64,000 nucleotides of DNA, from positions 241,776-305,775 of the forward strand of contig CBDCSK010000014.1 in the NCBI GenBank assembly GCA_965221605.1. The letters run 5' to 3'. Positions 45,936-56,028 of the stretch are shown here, in pieces; position 1 is the stretch's first letter, and each line of letters begins with the position of its first letter. The stretch comes from Candidatus Aldehydirespirator sp. (GTDB taxonomy: Bacteria; Actinomycetota; Acidimicrobiia; Acidimicrobiales; Aldehydirespiratoraceae). The position numbers were made by a program, and so were the translations under genes. Below the pieces are notes generated by a model. That model saw nothing but the letters and a program-made list of their open reading frames with translations. It was not told the origin of the DNA and did not search any database.

Positions 45936-47044
45936 CCAGCATGTTCCGATCGATCCAGCAGATTCTCGACGAAGCCGACGCACTGGCTGACCGATGCGAA
46001 GCCTACGAGCCAGCTCCGGATGACGAACGACCAGTGGCAGAGTACCTACTCAAGCGCGCAGCGTCCCAGAAGGCTCGCTGCGAACATCAAATTGCCCAAG
46101 CTGTGGCTGCCGCACGCGCTGACGGCTCATCCTGGCGTGACATCCGCAGGATTCTTGGTGAATCGGATGAACCACTAGGTCAGCAGGATCAAGCGGCTTA
46201 CGAGGGCACAGCCTCCGACGCCCGCTCTGGTGTATCCGTACAAGTGTGGGTGCTCCTCATCGAGCGCTCACTGGATACAGGAGCAGACTTGTCACTGTAT
46301 TGGCAAGAACTCGATGCACGCCGAGCGGCGCGGAGACACATGGAGTCGGACTGGCCAGTGGAGGCTGATCCGATGCCCAACGACGTGTATGCCGCGATCG
46401 AACAATTCAATTCTCTTCGTGACGGATATGAACACATATGGCTTGAGGCATCTCCTATCAGGGCCACGGCACATGAGGAACCGGGAACCCGCGAATATAT
46501 GGAACCTCAGAGGTGTGACAAGATCTGGCGTAGGGACTTTGTGCGAGATGACCTTGCATCGTCATCCGAGTGGAGCGAGATCCAAGAAATAGCAACAGCG
46601 CTGGTCGATCACATGAATGGTCCGGAGGTCTACGAAGAGCTCCTTAGAGCGAACGTTCCAGGATCCAAGAGTCAAGAGATTCAAGACATCATCAAGCACA
46701 AGACAGCAGAGCTAGGGTTCAGAGACGAGTCAAAGGGACTGTTCGCTGGCTACCGGACGAGAGGGCTTACGCCTGACTACTACCGAGAGGTCGGATGTAC
46801 GGGCGTGATCCTCGAGGTAGAACGAGGCAAGACGATCAATAACAACATGGACTTCTTGGACTTCTGGAAGTGTCACATATGTAGAGTTGCGTCGTTCCTC
46901 ATACTGATCGTTCCGGTTGAGTTGCGGCATAACGAGAAGGACCCGCCAACTCGGGCATTTCATGCTGCTTCAAACCGGCTCGAGTCGTTCTTCATCACAC
47001 AGAACTACACGAACGTGTGGGGCCTAGTTCTTCTGGGCTATTAG
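45932..47044 (+). CDS. Antitoxin-like HTH protein fused to a PD-(D/E)XK nuclease-like domain
   Basis: N-terminal AVAAARADGSSWRDIRRILG HTH; C-terminal TPDYY...ILEVERGK; 3' half more AT-rich. Confidence 0.55.
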   Translation: MTSMFRSIQQILDEADALADRCEAYEPAPDDERPVAEYLLKRAASQKARCEHQIAQAVAAARADGSSWRDIRRILGESDEPLGQQDQAAYEGTASDARSGVSVQVWVLLIERSLDTGADLSLYWQELDARRAARRHMESDWPVEADPMPNDVYAAIEQFNSLRDGYEHIWLEASPIRATAHEEPGTREYMEPQRCDKIWRRDFVRDDLASSSEWSEIQEIATALVDHMNGPEVYEELLRANVPGSKSQEIQDIIKHKTAELGFRDESKGLFAGYRTRGLTPDYYREVGCTGVILEVERGKTINNNMDFLDFWKCHICRVASFLILIVPVELRHNEKDPPTRAFHAASNRLESFFITQNYTNVWGLVLLGY

Positions 47045-47092
47045 TAGTTGAGCCCACCAGCCGGTCGGATCGTGACGGCATTTGGGTCTCCC

Positions 47093-47316
47093 CGATCAGC
47101 ACCGGTAGGCGTTGTCAAGAGTCACACGGAGCAGGCCTTGGGCATGGCAACCGGCTACCACCCGGGCGCAGTGAGGGCGGCGAGGCTGGCAGCAGACCGG
47201 ACTAGATCAGGGTCGACGGGAAGGCGGCGGTAGGCCTCGACTAGCGCTGCGTCGGCGGTGGCATCGGGATCCCGGGCCGGATCCTCTGGATCTGTTCTGC
47301 TGGCCTCGTTGGTCAT
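47093..47316 (-). pseudogene. Degraded mazEF-like remnant
   Basis: The 53-aa ORF 47155-47316 ends DAALVEAYRRLP...AALTAPGW, like the antitoxin at 989-1237. It is followed by a frameshifted fragment MPKACSV/TLDN resembling MazF. Confidence 0.5.
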
Positions 47317-47320
47317 CGTC

Positions 47321-48859
47321 TCAGTGGCGGAACTGGCGTTCTCCGGTTAGGAGCATGGCTAGGTTGCGCTCGTTGGCGGCTGCTATCACTGCGGCGTCGT
47401 TGACTGAGCCGCCGGGCTGGACCACGACCGCGACACCGGCGTCGGCGGCGGCGTGGATGCCGTCGGCGAACGGGTAGAAACCGTCGCTGGCGCAAGCCCC
47501 GCCTGCGGCCCGGCCGGCCGCCTTGGCCGCGGCCAGCTGGCCGGCCTCCACCCGGCTCTGCTGGCCGGCTCCTATGCCCCAAGCGGTCTCGTCGCGGGCC
47601 AGCACCACCGCGTTGGAGCTGGTGTGGGCGCACACCCGCCAGGCGAACACCGCGTCGGCCCGCTCGGCGTCGGTCGGCTCCCGGGCGGTGACCACCTGCC
47701 AAGTTGTGGGGTCGGCCTCCAGCGCACGGGGGGTCTGGACCAGGAAGTCGTCTCCCGAACCGCCGAGCGTCCGTAGCTCCCATTCGGGTTCGCCGGAGCG
47801 GTTCCAGGACGCTTCAAGCAGGCGGGTGTTGGCCCGGCGGTCGGCCAGGCGCTCGATCGCAACGTCCGCGTAGCCCGGTGCGATCACCACGTCGGCCTGG
47901 GCCGCGGCGACCATGGCTCCCGCAGTGGCCTCGTCGACCACCGAGTTGACCGCCACCACTCCGCCGAAGGCGCTGCGGGGGTCGCAGTCGAATGCCCGGG
48001 AGTACGCGGTGGCCAGACCGTCGGCGACCGCGGCCCCGCACGGGTTGGCGTGCTTGACGATCACCGCGGCCGGTCCCTCGCCCAGGGCGTGGGCCAGGCG
48101 CCAGGCCGCCTCGGCATCCATCAGGTTCAGGTAGCTCAGCGCAGCTCCGCCGTGCTGGACCACGCCGTCGAAGAAGCTCTCGCTCCCTCGCCTCCGGTAG
48201 CGGGTGCCCCGCTGGTGGGGATTCTCGCCGTAGCGCAGCACCTCGGCTCGCTCCAGTTCCAGCCTCAGCGTCGCCGGAAGGCCCGGCTCGCCCGAGTCCG
48301 TGCCGGAGTCGAGCCAGTCGACGATGGCCGCCTCGTACGCCGCAGTGTGGGCGAAGGCCTTGCGGGCCAGGCTGAGGCGGGTGGCCGCCCACAGGCTGCC
48401 ACTTGAGCGGAGTTCATCGAGGACGGGCTCGTAGTCGGCCGGGTCGACCACCACGCCGACGTGGGCGTGGTTCTTGGCCGCGGCCCGCACCATCGTCGGG
48501 CCGCCGATGTCGATCATCTCGATGCCGGGCGACGCCTGGAACGGGTACAGGTTCGACACCACCAGGTCGATCGGGTCGATGCCCTGAGCCTCCAGGTCGG
48601 CACGGTGGGTGGGGTCCTCGCGGTCGGCAAGGATCCCGCCGTGGATACGGGGATGGAGGGTCACCACCCGGTGCCCCAGCATGGCCGGCGAGCCCGTGTA
48701 GTCGGTGGTGTCGGTGACGGGCAGGCCAGCCGCCTCGATCACCCGGGCCGTGCCGCCGCTGGCGATCAGGTCCCATCCCAGCTCGACGAGACCCGCGGCC
48801 AACTCGACCACGCCCGTCTTGTCGTAGACGGAGATCAGCGCCCGCGGCGGTGCATCCAT
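47321..48859 (-). CDS. purH: Bifunctional AICAR transformylase/IMP cyclohydrolase
   Basis: RALISVYDKTG, TLHP, IDIGGP, LRYGENPHQ, KHANPCG, QPGGS, RQFRH. Confidence 0.97.
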   Translation of the reverse strand: MDAPPRALISVYDKTGVVELAAGLVELGWDLIASGGTARVIEAAGLPVTDTTDYTGSPAMLGHRVVTLHPRIHGGILADREDPTHRADLEAQGIDPIDLVVSNLYPFQASPGIEMIDIGGPTMVRAAAKNHAHVGVVVDPADYEPVLDELRSSGSLWAATRLSLARKAFAHTAAYEAAIVDWLDSGTDSGEPGLPATLRLELERAEVLRYGENPHQRGTRYRRRGSESFFDGVVQHGGAALSYLNLMDAEAAWRLAHALGEGPAAVIVKHANPCGAAVADGLATAYSRAFDCDPRSAFGGVVAVNSVVDEATAGAMVAAAQADVVIAPGYADVAIERLADRRANTRLLEASWNRSGEPEWELRTLGGSGDDFLVQTPRALEADPTTWQVVTAREPTDAERADAVFAWRVCAHTSSNAVVLARDETAWGIGAGQQSRVEAGQLAAAKAAGRAAGGACASDGFYPFADGIHAAADAGVAVVVQPGGSVNDAAVIAAANERNLAMLLTGERQFRH

Positions 48860-48871
48860 CTCGGCCAGTGT

Positions 48872-49752
<881 letters not shown>

Positions 49753-49756
<4 letters not shown>

Positions 49757-50916
49757 GGCTGCACCCCGCCCGCGCCGGCTTCGGCCAGCTCCACCGCCCG
49801 GCGGGCGGCGTCGAGCATGGTGGGCTCCATCGTCAGGGCGTCGTTCAGGTGGGGCTCCAGCAGCTCGCGGCCCTCGGCCGCGTTGGTGCCGTCGAGGCGG
49901 ATCACGATGGGCGAGTCGATGTCCACCCGGCCGGTCGCCTCGATGATGCCGTTGGCGATCTCCTCGCCCCGGGTGATGCCGCCGAAGATGTTGATCAGGA
50001 TGGACCGGACCGCCGGATCGTTGTTGATCACCTCCAGCGCGTTCGACATGACCTCGGCGTTGGCTCCGCCGCCGATGTCGAGGAAGTTGGCCGGCCGGCC
50101 CCCCACCTGGTTGACCACGTCCACCGTGCTCATGGCCAGGCCCGCGCCGTTGGCGATCACCCCCACCGACCCGTCCAGGCCCACGTACTGCAGCCCTTTG
50201 GCGTGGGCGGCCTGCTCCCGCTCGTCGCGGGTCTGGGTGGCGTCGTAGGCGGCGTAGTCGTCATGGCGGAAGGTGCTGTTGGCGTCCAGAGTGATCTTGG
50301 AGTCGAGCAGGACGACCTCGCCGGCGGAGGTCACGATCAGCGGGTTGACCTCCACCAGGTCGGCGTCGGCGTCCACGTAGGCCCGGTAGAGGGTCTCGAG
50401 GGCGTCGGCCACCGCCTCGGCGACGGCCTCAGGGATGCGGGCGGCCTGAACCCACCGGCGGCACGCCTGCTGCGACAGCCCGTCCACCGGATCGATGTGG
50501 ATACGGGCGATGGCCTCAGGATCTCGGGCGGCCACCGTCTCAATCTCCACGCCGCCCTCGACCGACAGCATCCCCAAGTGCTTGCGGGCGGAGCGGTCGA
50601 GCGTGAAGCTGGCGTAGTACTCCTCGGCTATGTCCGACGCCTCCTCGACCCATAGGCGCCGCACGATGTGACCGGAGATGTCTAGGCCCAGGATGTCGGA
50701 GGCGTGGCCGCGCACCGCGTCGAGGTCGGCGGCCAGCTTCACGCCCCCGGCCTTGCCCCGACCACCGGTATGGACCTGGGCCTTGACCACCACCGGCAAC
50801 CCGAGCCTGACGGCCGCGGCTACGGCCTCGGTGGGCGACAACGCCACCTCTCCTGAGGGCACAGGGAGCCCGTATCGGGCGAACAACTCCTTGCCCTGGT
50901 GTTCGAACAAATCCAC
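49753..50916 (-). CDS. sucC: Succinyl-CoA synthetase beta subunit
   Basis: GTG 50916 DLFEHQGK, KAQV..GGRGKAGG, NGAGLAMST, NFLDIGGG, NIFGGI. Confidence 0.97.
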
Positions 50917-50937
50917 GGGAGGCGATACTAGGCCGCG

Positions 50938-51405
50938 ATGCCTGTTTCCAGCGGACCCCGGCCGAGCCTGCGGGCTGCGGTGATGGTCGGCCTGGCCGGG
51001 GTGGTGGTGGCGCTGGGCCTGGTAGGGGCGGTGCTGCTGCTGACCCGCACCGGAACCGACGTCGAGATCCGGCTGGGCGACCGCGACTTCCGGGACATGG
51101 AGATCGGACGGATCAGCACCGAGATAGACGACCGGGGCCCCATCCTGTTCGGCGACGTGGCCGACGGCAGCCTCGACATCATCCTGCAGCACATCGGGGA
51201 AGACCCGGAGACGGGATGGTTCGCCTTCGAGGCCCGGCGAGTGGGCCAGAGCCGCGACTGCTTCTTCCGGTGGCGGCCCGACGAGGCCGACTTCGTCAAC
51301 ACCTGCGATGCCGACGACATCGTCGACGCGGCCGGAACCGGCCTGCGCCACTTCGAGGTGGCTGTGGTGGACGGTGATGTCCGGGTAGACATCAACCCAT
51401 CCTGA
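50938..51405 (+). CDS. Hypothetical membrane-anchored protein
   Basis: Single N-terminal TM segment, host-like codon usage, two Cys; fills the gap before the AlaX gene. Confidence 0.65.
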   Translation: MPVSSGPRPSLRAAVMVGLAGVVVALGLVGAVLLLTRTGTDVEIRLGDRDFRDMEIGRISTEIDDRGPILFGDVADGSLDIILQHIGEDPETGWFAFEARRVGQSRDCFFRWRPDEADFVNTCDADDIVDAAGTGLRHFEVAVVDGDVRVDINPS

Positions 51406-51426
51406 CTAGCCACACGGGAGGCCCGC

Positions 51427-52155
51427 ATGGCTGACGTGAACCCCACCGATCGCATATTCCTGCGCGACGCCCAGTGCCGGGCCTTCGACGCGACGGTCGT
51501 CGCGGTCGACAGCGACGGCCGGGTGGCTCTGGACGCCACCGCCTTCTACGCCACCAGCGGGGGCCAGCCCCACGACACCGGCACGCTGACCTGGGCCGGA
51601 GGCTCGGCGGCGGTGACCGACGTCCGCGGCCACGACGTGGTGTGGCACACCCTCGACGGCGACGCCCCGACATCCGGCACAGCCGTGCACGCCGAACTCG
51701 ACTGGGAGCGCCGCCACGCCCTGATGCGCACCCACACTGCGCTGCACATCCTGTGCGGCGTGATCTACAACACTTGGGGAGTCTCGGTGACCGGCGGCAA
51801 CATGGCGCCGCTGTCGGCCCGCATGGACTTCGAGTTCGATCCCCTGCCGGAAGGGTTCGCAGCCCAAGTCACCGAGTTGGTCAACGCCGAGATCACCGCC
51901 GACCGGCCCATCGAGATCTCGTTCCTGCCCCGGGCCGAGGCCCTCGCCGACGACGACCTGATCCGCACCAAGGTCAACCTGATCCCCGAGTCGGTGCAGG
52001 AGATCCGGGTGGTCGACATCGTCGGGCTCGACAAGCAGGCCGACGGGGGCACCCACCTGCGCTCCACCGGCGAGGTGGGCCGCTTCGAGGTGGTCAAGAC
52101 CGAGTCGAAGGGCAAGGCCAACAAGCGCCTCCGCATAGCCGTCCACGACGCCTAG
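51427..52155 (+). CDS. Alanyl-tRNA editing protein (AlaX-M type)
   Basis: FYATSGGQPHDTG, MRTHTALH, QADGGTH. Confidence 0.92.
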   Translation: MADVNPTDRIFLRDAQCRAFDATVVAVDSDGRVALDATAFYATSGGQPHDTGTLTWAGGSAAVTDVRGHDVVWHTLDGDAPTSGTAVHAELDWERRHALMRTHTALHILCGVIYNTWGVSVTGGNMAPLSARMDFEFDPLPEGFAAQVTELVNAEITADRPIEISFLPRAEALADDDLIRTKVNLIPESVQEIRVVDIVGLDKQADGGTHLRSTGEVGRFEVVKTESKGKANKRLRIAVHDA

Positions 52156-52178
52156 ACCGGCGAGTGGCGGCTCGTCGC

Positions 52179-52224
52179 AACTGGCGACGAAACGGGTGCC
52201 AGACACCCAGAATCGCAACCAATT
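52179..52224. repeat. Imperfect palindrome between convergent genes (REP-like or bidirectional terminator)
   Basis: AACTGG..CGA..GGGTG-CCAGA-CACCC..TCG..CCAATT. Confidence 0.4.
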
Positions 52225-52239
52225 TGGCCTGGCGGCCGG

Positions 52240-54468
52240 TCAGATCTTCTCCAGCGGCGCCCACGACAGGAGCAGGCGCTTCTCGCCGACGCTCGGGAAA
52301 CGAACCGACGCCTCGGGCTCACCCCCAGCCTCGTCGATGTCGACGATCACGCCCTCGCCCCACTTCGCGTGGCGGACATCGTCGCCCACCTTGAGGCCGA
52401 GGCGGTCGGCTCCCAAGGGTGCGGGCGAGGGCCGGGCTTGCCGGCCGGCGTCGAGGGCCCGCTGCACGATCTCGTCGCGGTTGACCGAGGCCCGGTCGAG
52501 GCTGCGCTCTCGCCGGCTGCGGCGGTAGTAGCGGCTCCGGGCCACCCGGGAGCCGTCCACCGTCTGCACCAACTCGTCGGGGATCTCCTTGAGGAAACGG
52601 CTGGGCGGGTTGTACTGGCGGCTGCCGTACAGCAGGCGGCTCCAGGCATGGGTCACGGTGAGCTGGCGCATGGCCCGGGTGATCCCCACGTAGGCGAGGC
52701 GGCGCTCCTCCTCCAGCTCATGGGGCTCGGTCAACGCCCGGATATGGGGGAAGACGCCGTCCTCCAGCCCGATGATGTAGACGTCGGGATACTCGAGGCC
52801 CTTGGCCGAGTGCAGGGTCATGAGCGTGACCGCGGACTCGTCGGATCCCGCATCGGCCAGGTCATCGGTGTCGGCCACCAGGGCCACCGCCTCCAAGAGG
52901 TCGTCCATGGTGTCGTGCTCGCCGGCCACGCCCACCAACTCGGCCAGGTTCTCGAGGCGGCCGTCGGCCTCGACCGACTTCTCCGAACGCAGCTCGTCGA
53001 GGTAACCGGAGCGCTCCAGCAGCTCCTGGAGCACCGCAGCCGGTGAGGCCTGCAAGGACGCGATGTCGTCGATCAGCGAGCAGAACTGTCCAGCACCGGC
53101 CACAGCCCGCCCGGTCACGCCGGCCTCGGTGCAGTGGCGGAGGGCCTCAAAGAAGGTGAGGCCGCGTTCCGCCGCGTGGGCGTCGACCTTGGCCACCGAA
53201 GTGGCACCGACGCCCCGCTTGGGGACGGCCAGGGCCCGCTTCACGCTCACCTCGTCTCCGGGGTTGGTGAGCGACTTGAGGTAGGCCATGGCGTCGCGCA
53301 CCTCCCGGCGGTCGTAGAAGCGGGTGCCGCCCACCAGCCGGTAGGGCACCTCGGCCTTGATCAGCTGCTCCTCAACCGCTCTCGACTGGGCGTTGGTGCG
53401 GTAGAAGACCGCCATCTCGTCAAGGCGCATCTGCTCATCCTGGTGGCGCCGAACGATCTCGCTGACGACGTAGCGGGCCTCGTCGGTCTCGTCGTCGGCG
53501 TGGTAGCGGACGATGGCCGGCCCCGACCCCTGGTCGGTCCACAGGTCCTTGGGCTTGCGGCCTGCGTTGTTGACGATCACCGAGTTGGCCGCGTCGAGAA
53601 TGTTCTGGGTGCTGCGGTAGTTCTGCTCCAGCACCACGATGCGGACATCGTCGAAGGCTCGCTCGAATTCGAGGATGTTGCGGATGTCGGCGCCACGGAA
53701 GGCGTAGATCGACTGGTCGGCGTCGCCCACGGCGGTCACCTGGCGGCTCTCGGCGCCCAGGCTGATCACCAGCTCGTTCTGCACCGGGTTGGTGTCCTGG
53801 TACTCGTCCACCAGCACATGGGCGAAGCGCTGCCGCCAACGCTCGAGCACCTCGGGGCAGTTCCGGAACAGCTCGACGGTCCGAAGCAGCAAGTCGTCGA
53901 AGTCCATGGCCCCGGCCGCGGCCAGGCGGCGCTGGTAGTGCGTGAACACCTCGGCAATGCGGCGCTCGTAGATGTTGGAGGCCCGCTCGGCGTACTCGGC
54001 TGCGCCGATGTTGTCGTTCTTGGTTGCGGAGATGACGGCGTGGATCGAGCGGGGCGGGAACCGCTTGTGGTCGAGGTTCAGGTCACGCAGGACGTAACCG
54101 CACAGGCGCACGGCATCGCCCTGGTCGTAGATGGTGAACCGGCTCGGGTAGTCGATGTAGGCCGCGTCGCGGCGCAGGATGCGCACGCAGGCGGCATGGA
54201 ACGTCGACACCCACATGCTCTCGGCCACCGGGCCCACCAGCCCGCCGACCCGGTGGCGCATCTCGCCGGCGGCCTTGTTGGTGAAGGTGATGGCCAGGAT
54301 CTCGAACGGCGACAAGTCGTGGTGCTCGATCAGATGGGCGATGCGGTGGGTGAGCACACGGGTCTTGCCCGATCCGGCCCCGGCCACCACCAGAAGCGGC
54401 CCGCCCTCGTAGGTGACGGCCTCCAGCTGGGCCGGGTTCAGACCCTCCAGAATCGCCAACTCCGCCAT
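52240..54468 (-). CDS. pcrA: DNA helicase PcrA/UvrD
   Basis: AGAGSGKT, DEYQD, QSIYAFRGA, QNYRS, TLHSAKGLE, EERRLAYVGITRA, C-terminal Tudor-like domain. Confidence 0.96.
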   Translation of the reverse strand: MAELAILEGLNPAQLEAVTYEGGPLLVVAGAGSGKTRVLTHRIAHLIEHHDLSPFEILAITFTNKAAGEMRHRVGGLVGPVAESMWVSTFHAACVRILRRDAAYIDYPSRFTIYDQGDAVRLCGYVLRDLNLDHKRFPPRSIHAVISATKNDNIGAAEYAERASNIYERRIAEVFTHYQRRLAAAGAMDFDDLLLRTVELFRNCPEVLERWRQRFAHVLVDEYQDTNPVQNELVISLGAESRQVTAVGDADQSIYAFRGADIRNILEFERAFDDVRIVVLEQNYRSTQNILDAANSVIVNNAGRKPKDLWTDQGSGPAIVRYHADDETDEARYVVSEIVRRHQDEQMRLDEMAVFYRTNAQSRAVEEQLIKAEVPYRLVGGTRFYDRREVRDAMAYLKSLTNPGDEVSVKRALAVPKRGVGATSVAKVDAHAAERGLTFFEALRHCTEAGVTGRAVAGAGQFCSLIDDIASLQASPAAVLQELLERSGYLDELRSEKSVEADGRLENLAELVGVAGEHDTMDDLLEAVALVADTDDLADAGSDESAVTLMTLHSAKGLEYPDVYIIGLEDGVFPHIRALTEPHELEEERRLAYVGITRAMRQLTVTHAWSRLLYGSRQYNPPSRFLKEIPDELVQTVDGSRVARSRYYRRSRRERSLDRASVNRDEIVQRALDAGRQARPSPAPLGADRLGLKVGDDVRHAKWGEGVIVDIDEAGGEPEASVRFPSVGEKRLLLSWAPLEKI

Positions 54469-54527
54469 CGCCGGCCACCCTACTGCCGCCCCATGACGCC
54501 CCTCACCGACGGTGCGGCCGTCAACTG

Positions 54528-55676
54528 CTAGGTGGAGTCAGAATCGTCGGCGAGCACGTCCAGGAAAGGCGAATACCGGTAGACGCGATTGCGCCTGCGT
54601 CCGGTGACCTCGTCAACGATGCCCAGTGAGACCAGTTCGTCGAGCATGCGCCCGACCGTCGCAGGCGTCGAACTCAGTCGCGCCGTCGCGTATTTGATGG
54701 TGACGACGGGCTGCTGAGCCAGCAGGTCGATCAGCGGCCAGCCGTAGCGCCCCAGGCCCTGGTCGGTGGCGATGCGGCGGTGCTCATCCATGAGCGCCGT
54801 CAGTTCGGCTGCCATCCGCACCGCGTCATTCGCGGTGGACTTCACGCCGGTCAGGAAGAACCTGAGCCAGCCCTCCCAGTCGCCCCGGATACGGATGGCG
54901 TCGAGGCGGTCGTAGTACTCGCTGCGGTTCTGCTTCAGGAAGAGGCTCAGGTACAGCAGCGGGCGGGCGAGAACCCGGCGCTGCACCAGCAGCAACGTGA
55001 CGAGGAGTCGCCCCACCCGGCCATTGCCGTCCAGGAACGGGTGGATGGTCTCGAACTGGGCGTGGGCCAGGGCTGCGAGCACCAGCGGAGGGTCGTCGCT
55101 GCCGTTGAGGTAGACCTCGAAGTCCCGGATCGTGCCGGGAAGGTCTTCCGGTGCCGGTGGCACGAACGTCGCAGACTCCAGGGTGCAGCCAGCCGAGCCG
55201 ACCCAATTCTGGGTCCTGCGGAACTCCCCCGGGTCGCGCTCCTGGCCCCGCACACCCTCCATCAACTCGCCATGGACCCTGCGGATCAGGCGACCCGACA
55301 GCGGTAACTCATCGAGGAGGCGCAGTCCCAGGCCCATAGCCCGCACGTAGTTGACCGTCTCGGCGATGTCATCAGGCGGCGTAGCCACTCGGGCCTCCAC
55401 CTCGTGGGCCAGCACATCGTCGAGACTGGATTGAGTGCCCTCGATCTGGGAGCTGAGCACCGCCTCGCGACGAACATACGACGCCACGAACAGATCGGGG
55501 TTCGGCAGGGTGTCCGCCATCCCGTCGAGCCGGCCCACCGCGGCGGTGGCCTCCGACAGCAACCCGAGCAGACCGTTGTCCCACCGTAGGGGCGGGTCGG
55601 GTGGCAGTGGCTTCGGCACGAACGCCTCGTACCCGGTCAGCTGACGACGGAACTGCCCGGCTCGCGTGCTTTCCAT
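54528..55676 (-). CDS. Fic family AMP transferase with N-terminal inhibitory motif and C-terminal wHTH
   Basis: SSQIEG inhibitory motif, HPFLDGNGRVGR catalytic motif, EVTGRRRNRVY tail. Confidence 0.93.
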   Translation of the reverse strand: MESTRAGQFRRQLTGYEAFVPKPLPPDPPLRWDNGLLGLLSEATAAVGRLDGMADTLPNPDLFVASYVRREAVLSSQIEGTQSSLDDVLAHEVEARVATPPDDIAETVNYVRAMGLGLRLLDELPLSGRLIRRVHGELMEGVRGQERDPGEFRRTQNWVGSAGCTLESATFVPPAPEDLPGTIRDFEVYLNGSDDPPLVLAALAHAQFETIHPFLDGNGRVGRLLVTLLLVQRRVLARPLLYLSLFLKQNRSEYYDRLDAIRIRGDWEGWLRFFLTGVKSTANDAVRMAAELTALMDEHRRIATDQGLGRYGWPLIDLLAQQPVVTIKYATARLSSTPATVGRMLDELVSLGIVDEVTGRRRNRVYRYSPFLDVLADDSDST

Positions 55677-55696
55677 CTGTGCTCCTTGTTCCGCTC

Positions 55697-55940
55697 GCTG
55701 GAATATCGAGCCCGACTTAGGACAGTTATTCTAATAAATGACTGAAAGCTAAAACAACAGCGCAGTCGTGGGCGCGCTAATTTAGGCGGCTGGAATAGCG
55801 ACAGTCGAATTTCAATCTTATTCTAACAAATCACTGATCGCTAAAATAAGTGTGTAGAACTGGGGCTGGTATTTTGGCTGCTGGAATAACGGCACCAATC
55901 GTGAAGCTTGTTCTACCGAAGGGTTGTTGACTAAAATAAA
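55697..55940. repeat. AT-rich array of about three 90-92-bp units upstream of fic
   Basis: GCTGGAATA at 55697, 55789 and 55880; TTRTTCTA at 55726, 55818 and 55908; RCTAAAAY at 55748, 55840 and 55930. Confidence 0.85.
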
Positions 55941-55975
55941 GCCCCGTCATTCCCGGCGCGGCCGGGAAGACGGGG
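55933..55975 (-). terminator. Intrinsic terminator after guaA
   Basis: CCCCGTC-TTCCCGG...CCGGGAA-T-GACGGGG stem followed by TTTATTTT on the minus strand. Confidence 0.7.
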
Positions 55976-56028
55976 AGTAATGGCTAGAAGCTACCAGGAT
56001 GCGCGAGCGCCGCGCAACCCTGGTTTCG

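Noticed and set aside
55697-55940. CRISPR or TIGR array interpretation of the fic upstream repeats
   Set aside because: Conserved blocks are only 8-9 bp, spacers retain mutual similarity, and no cas or Nop-domain gene is nearby. Kept as an unexplained array.
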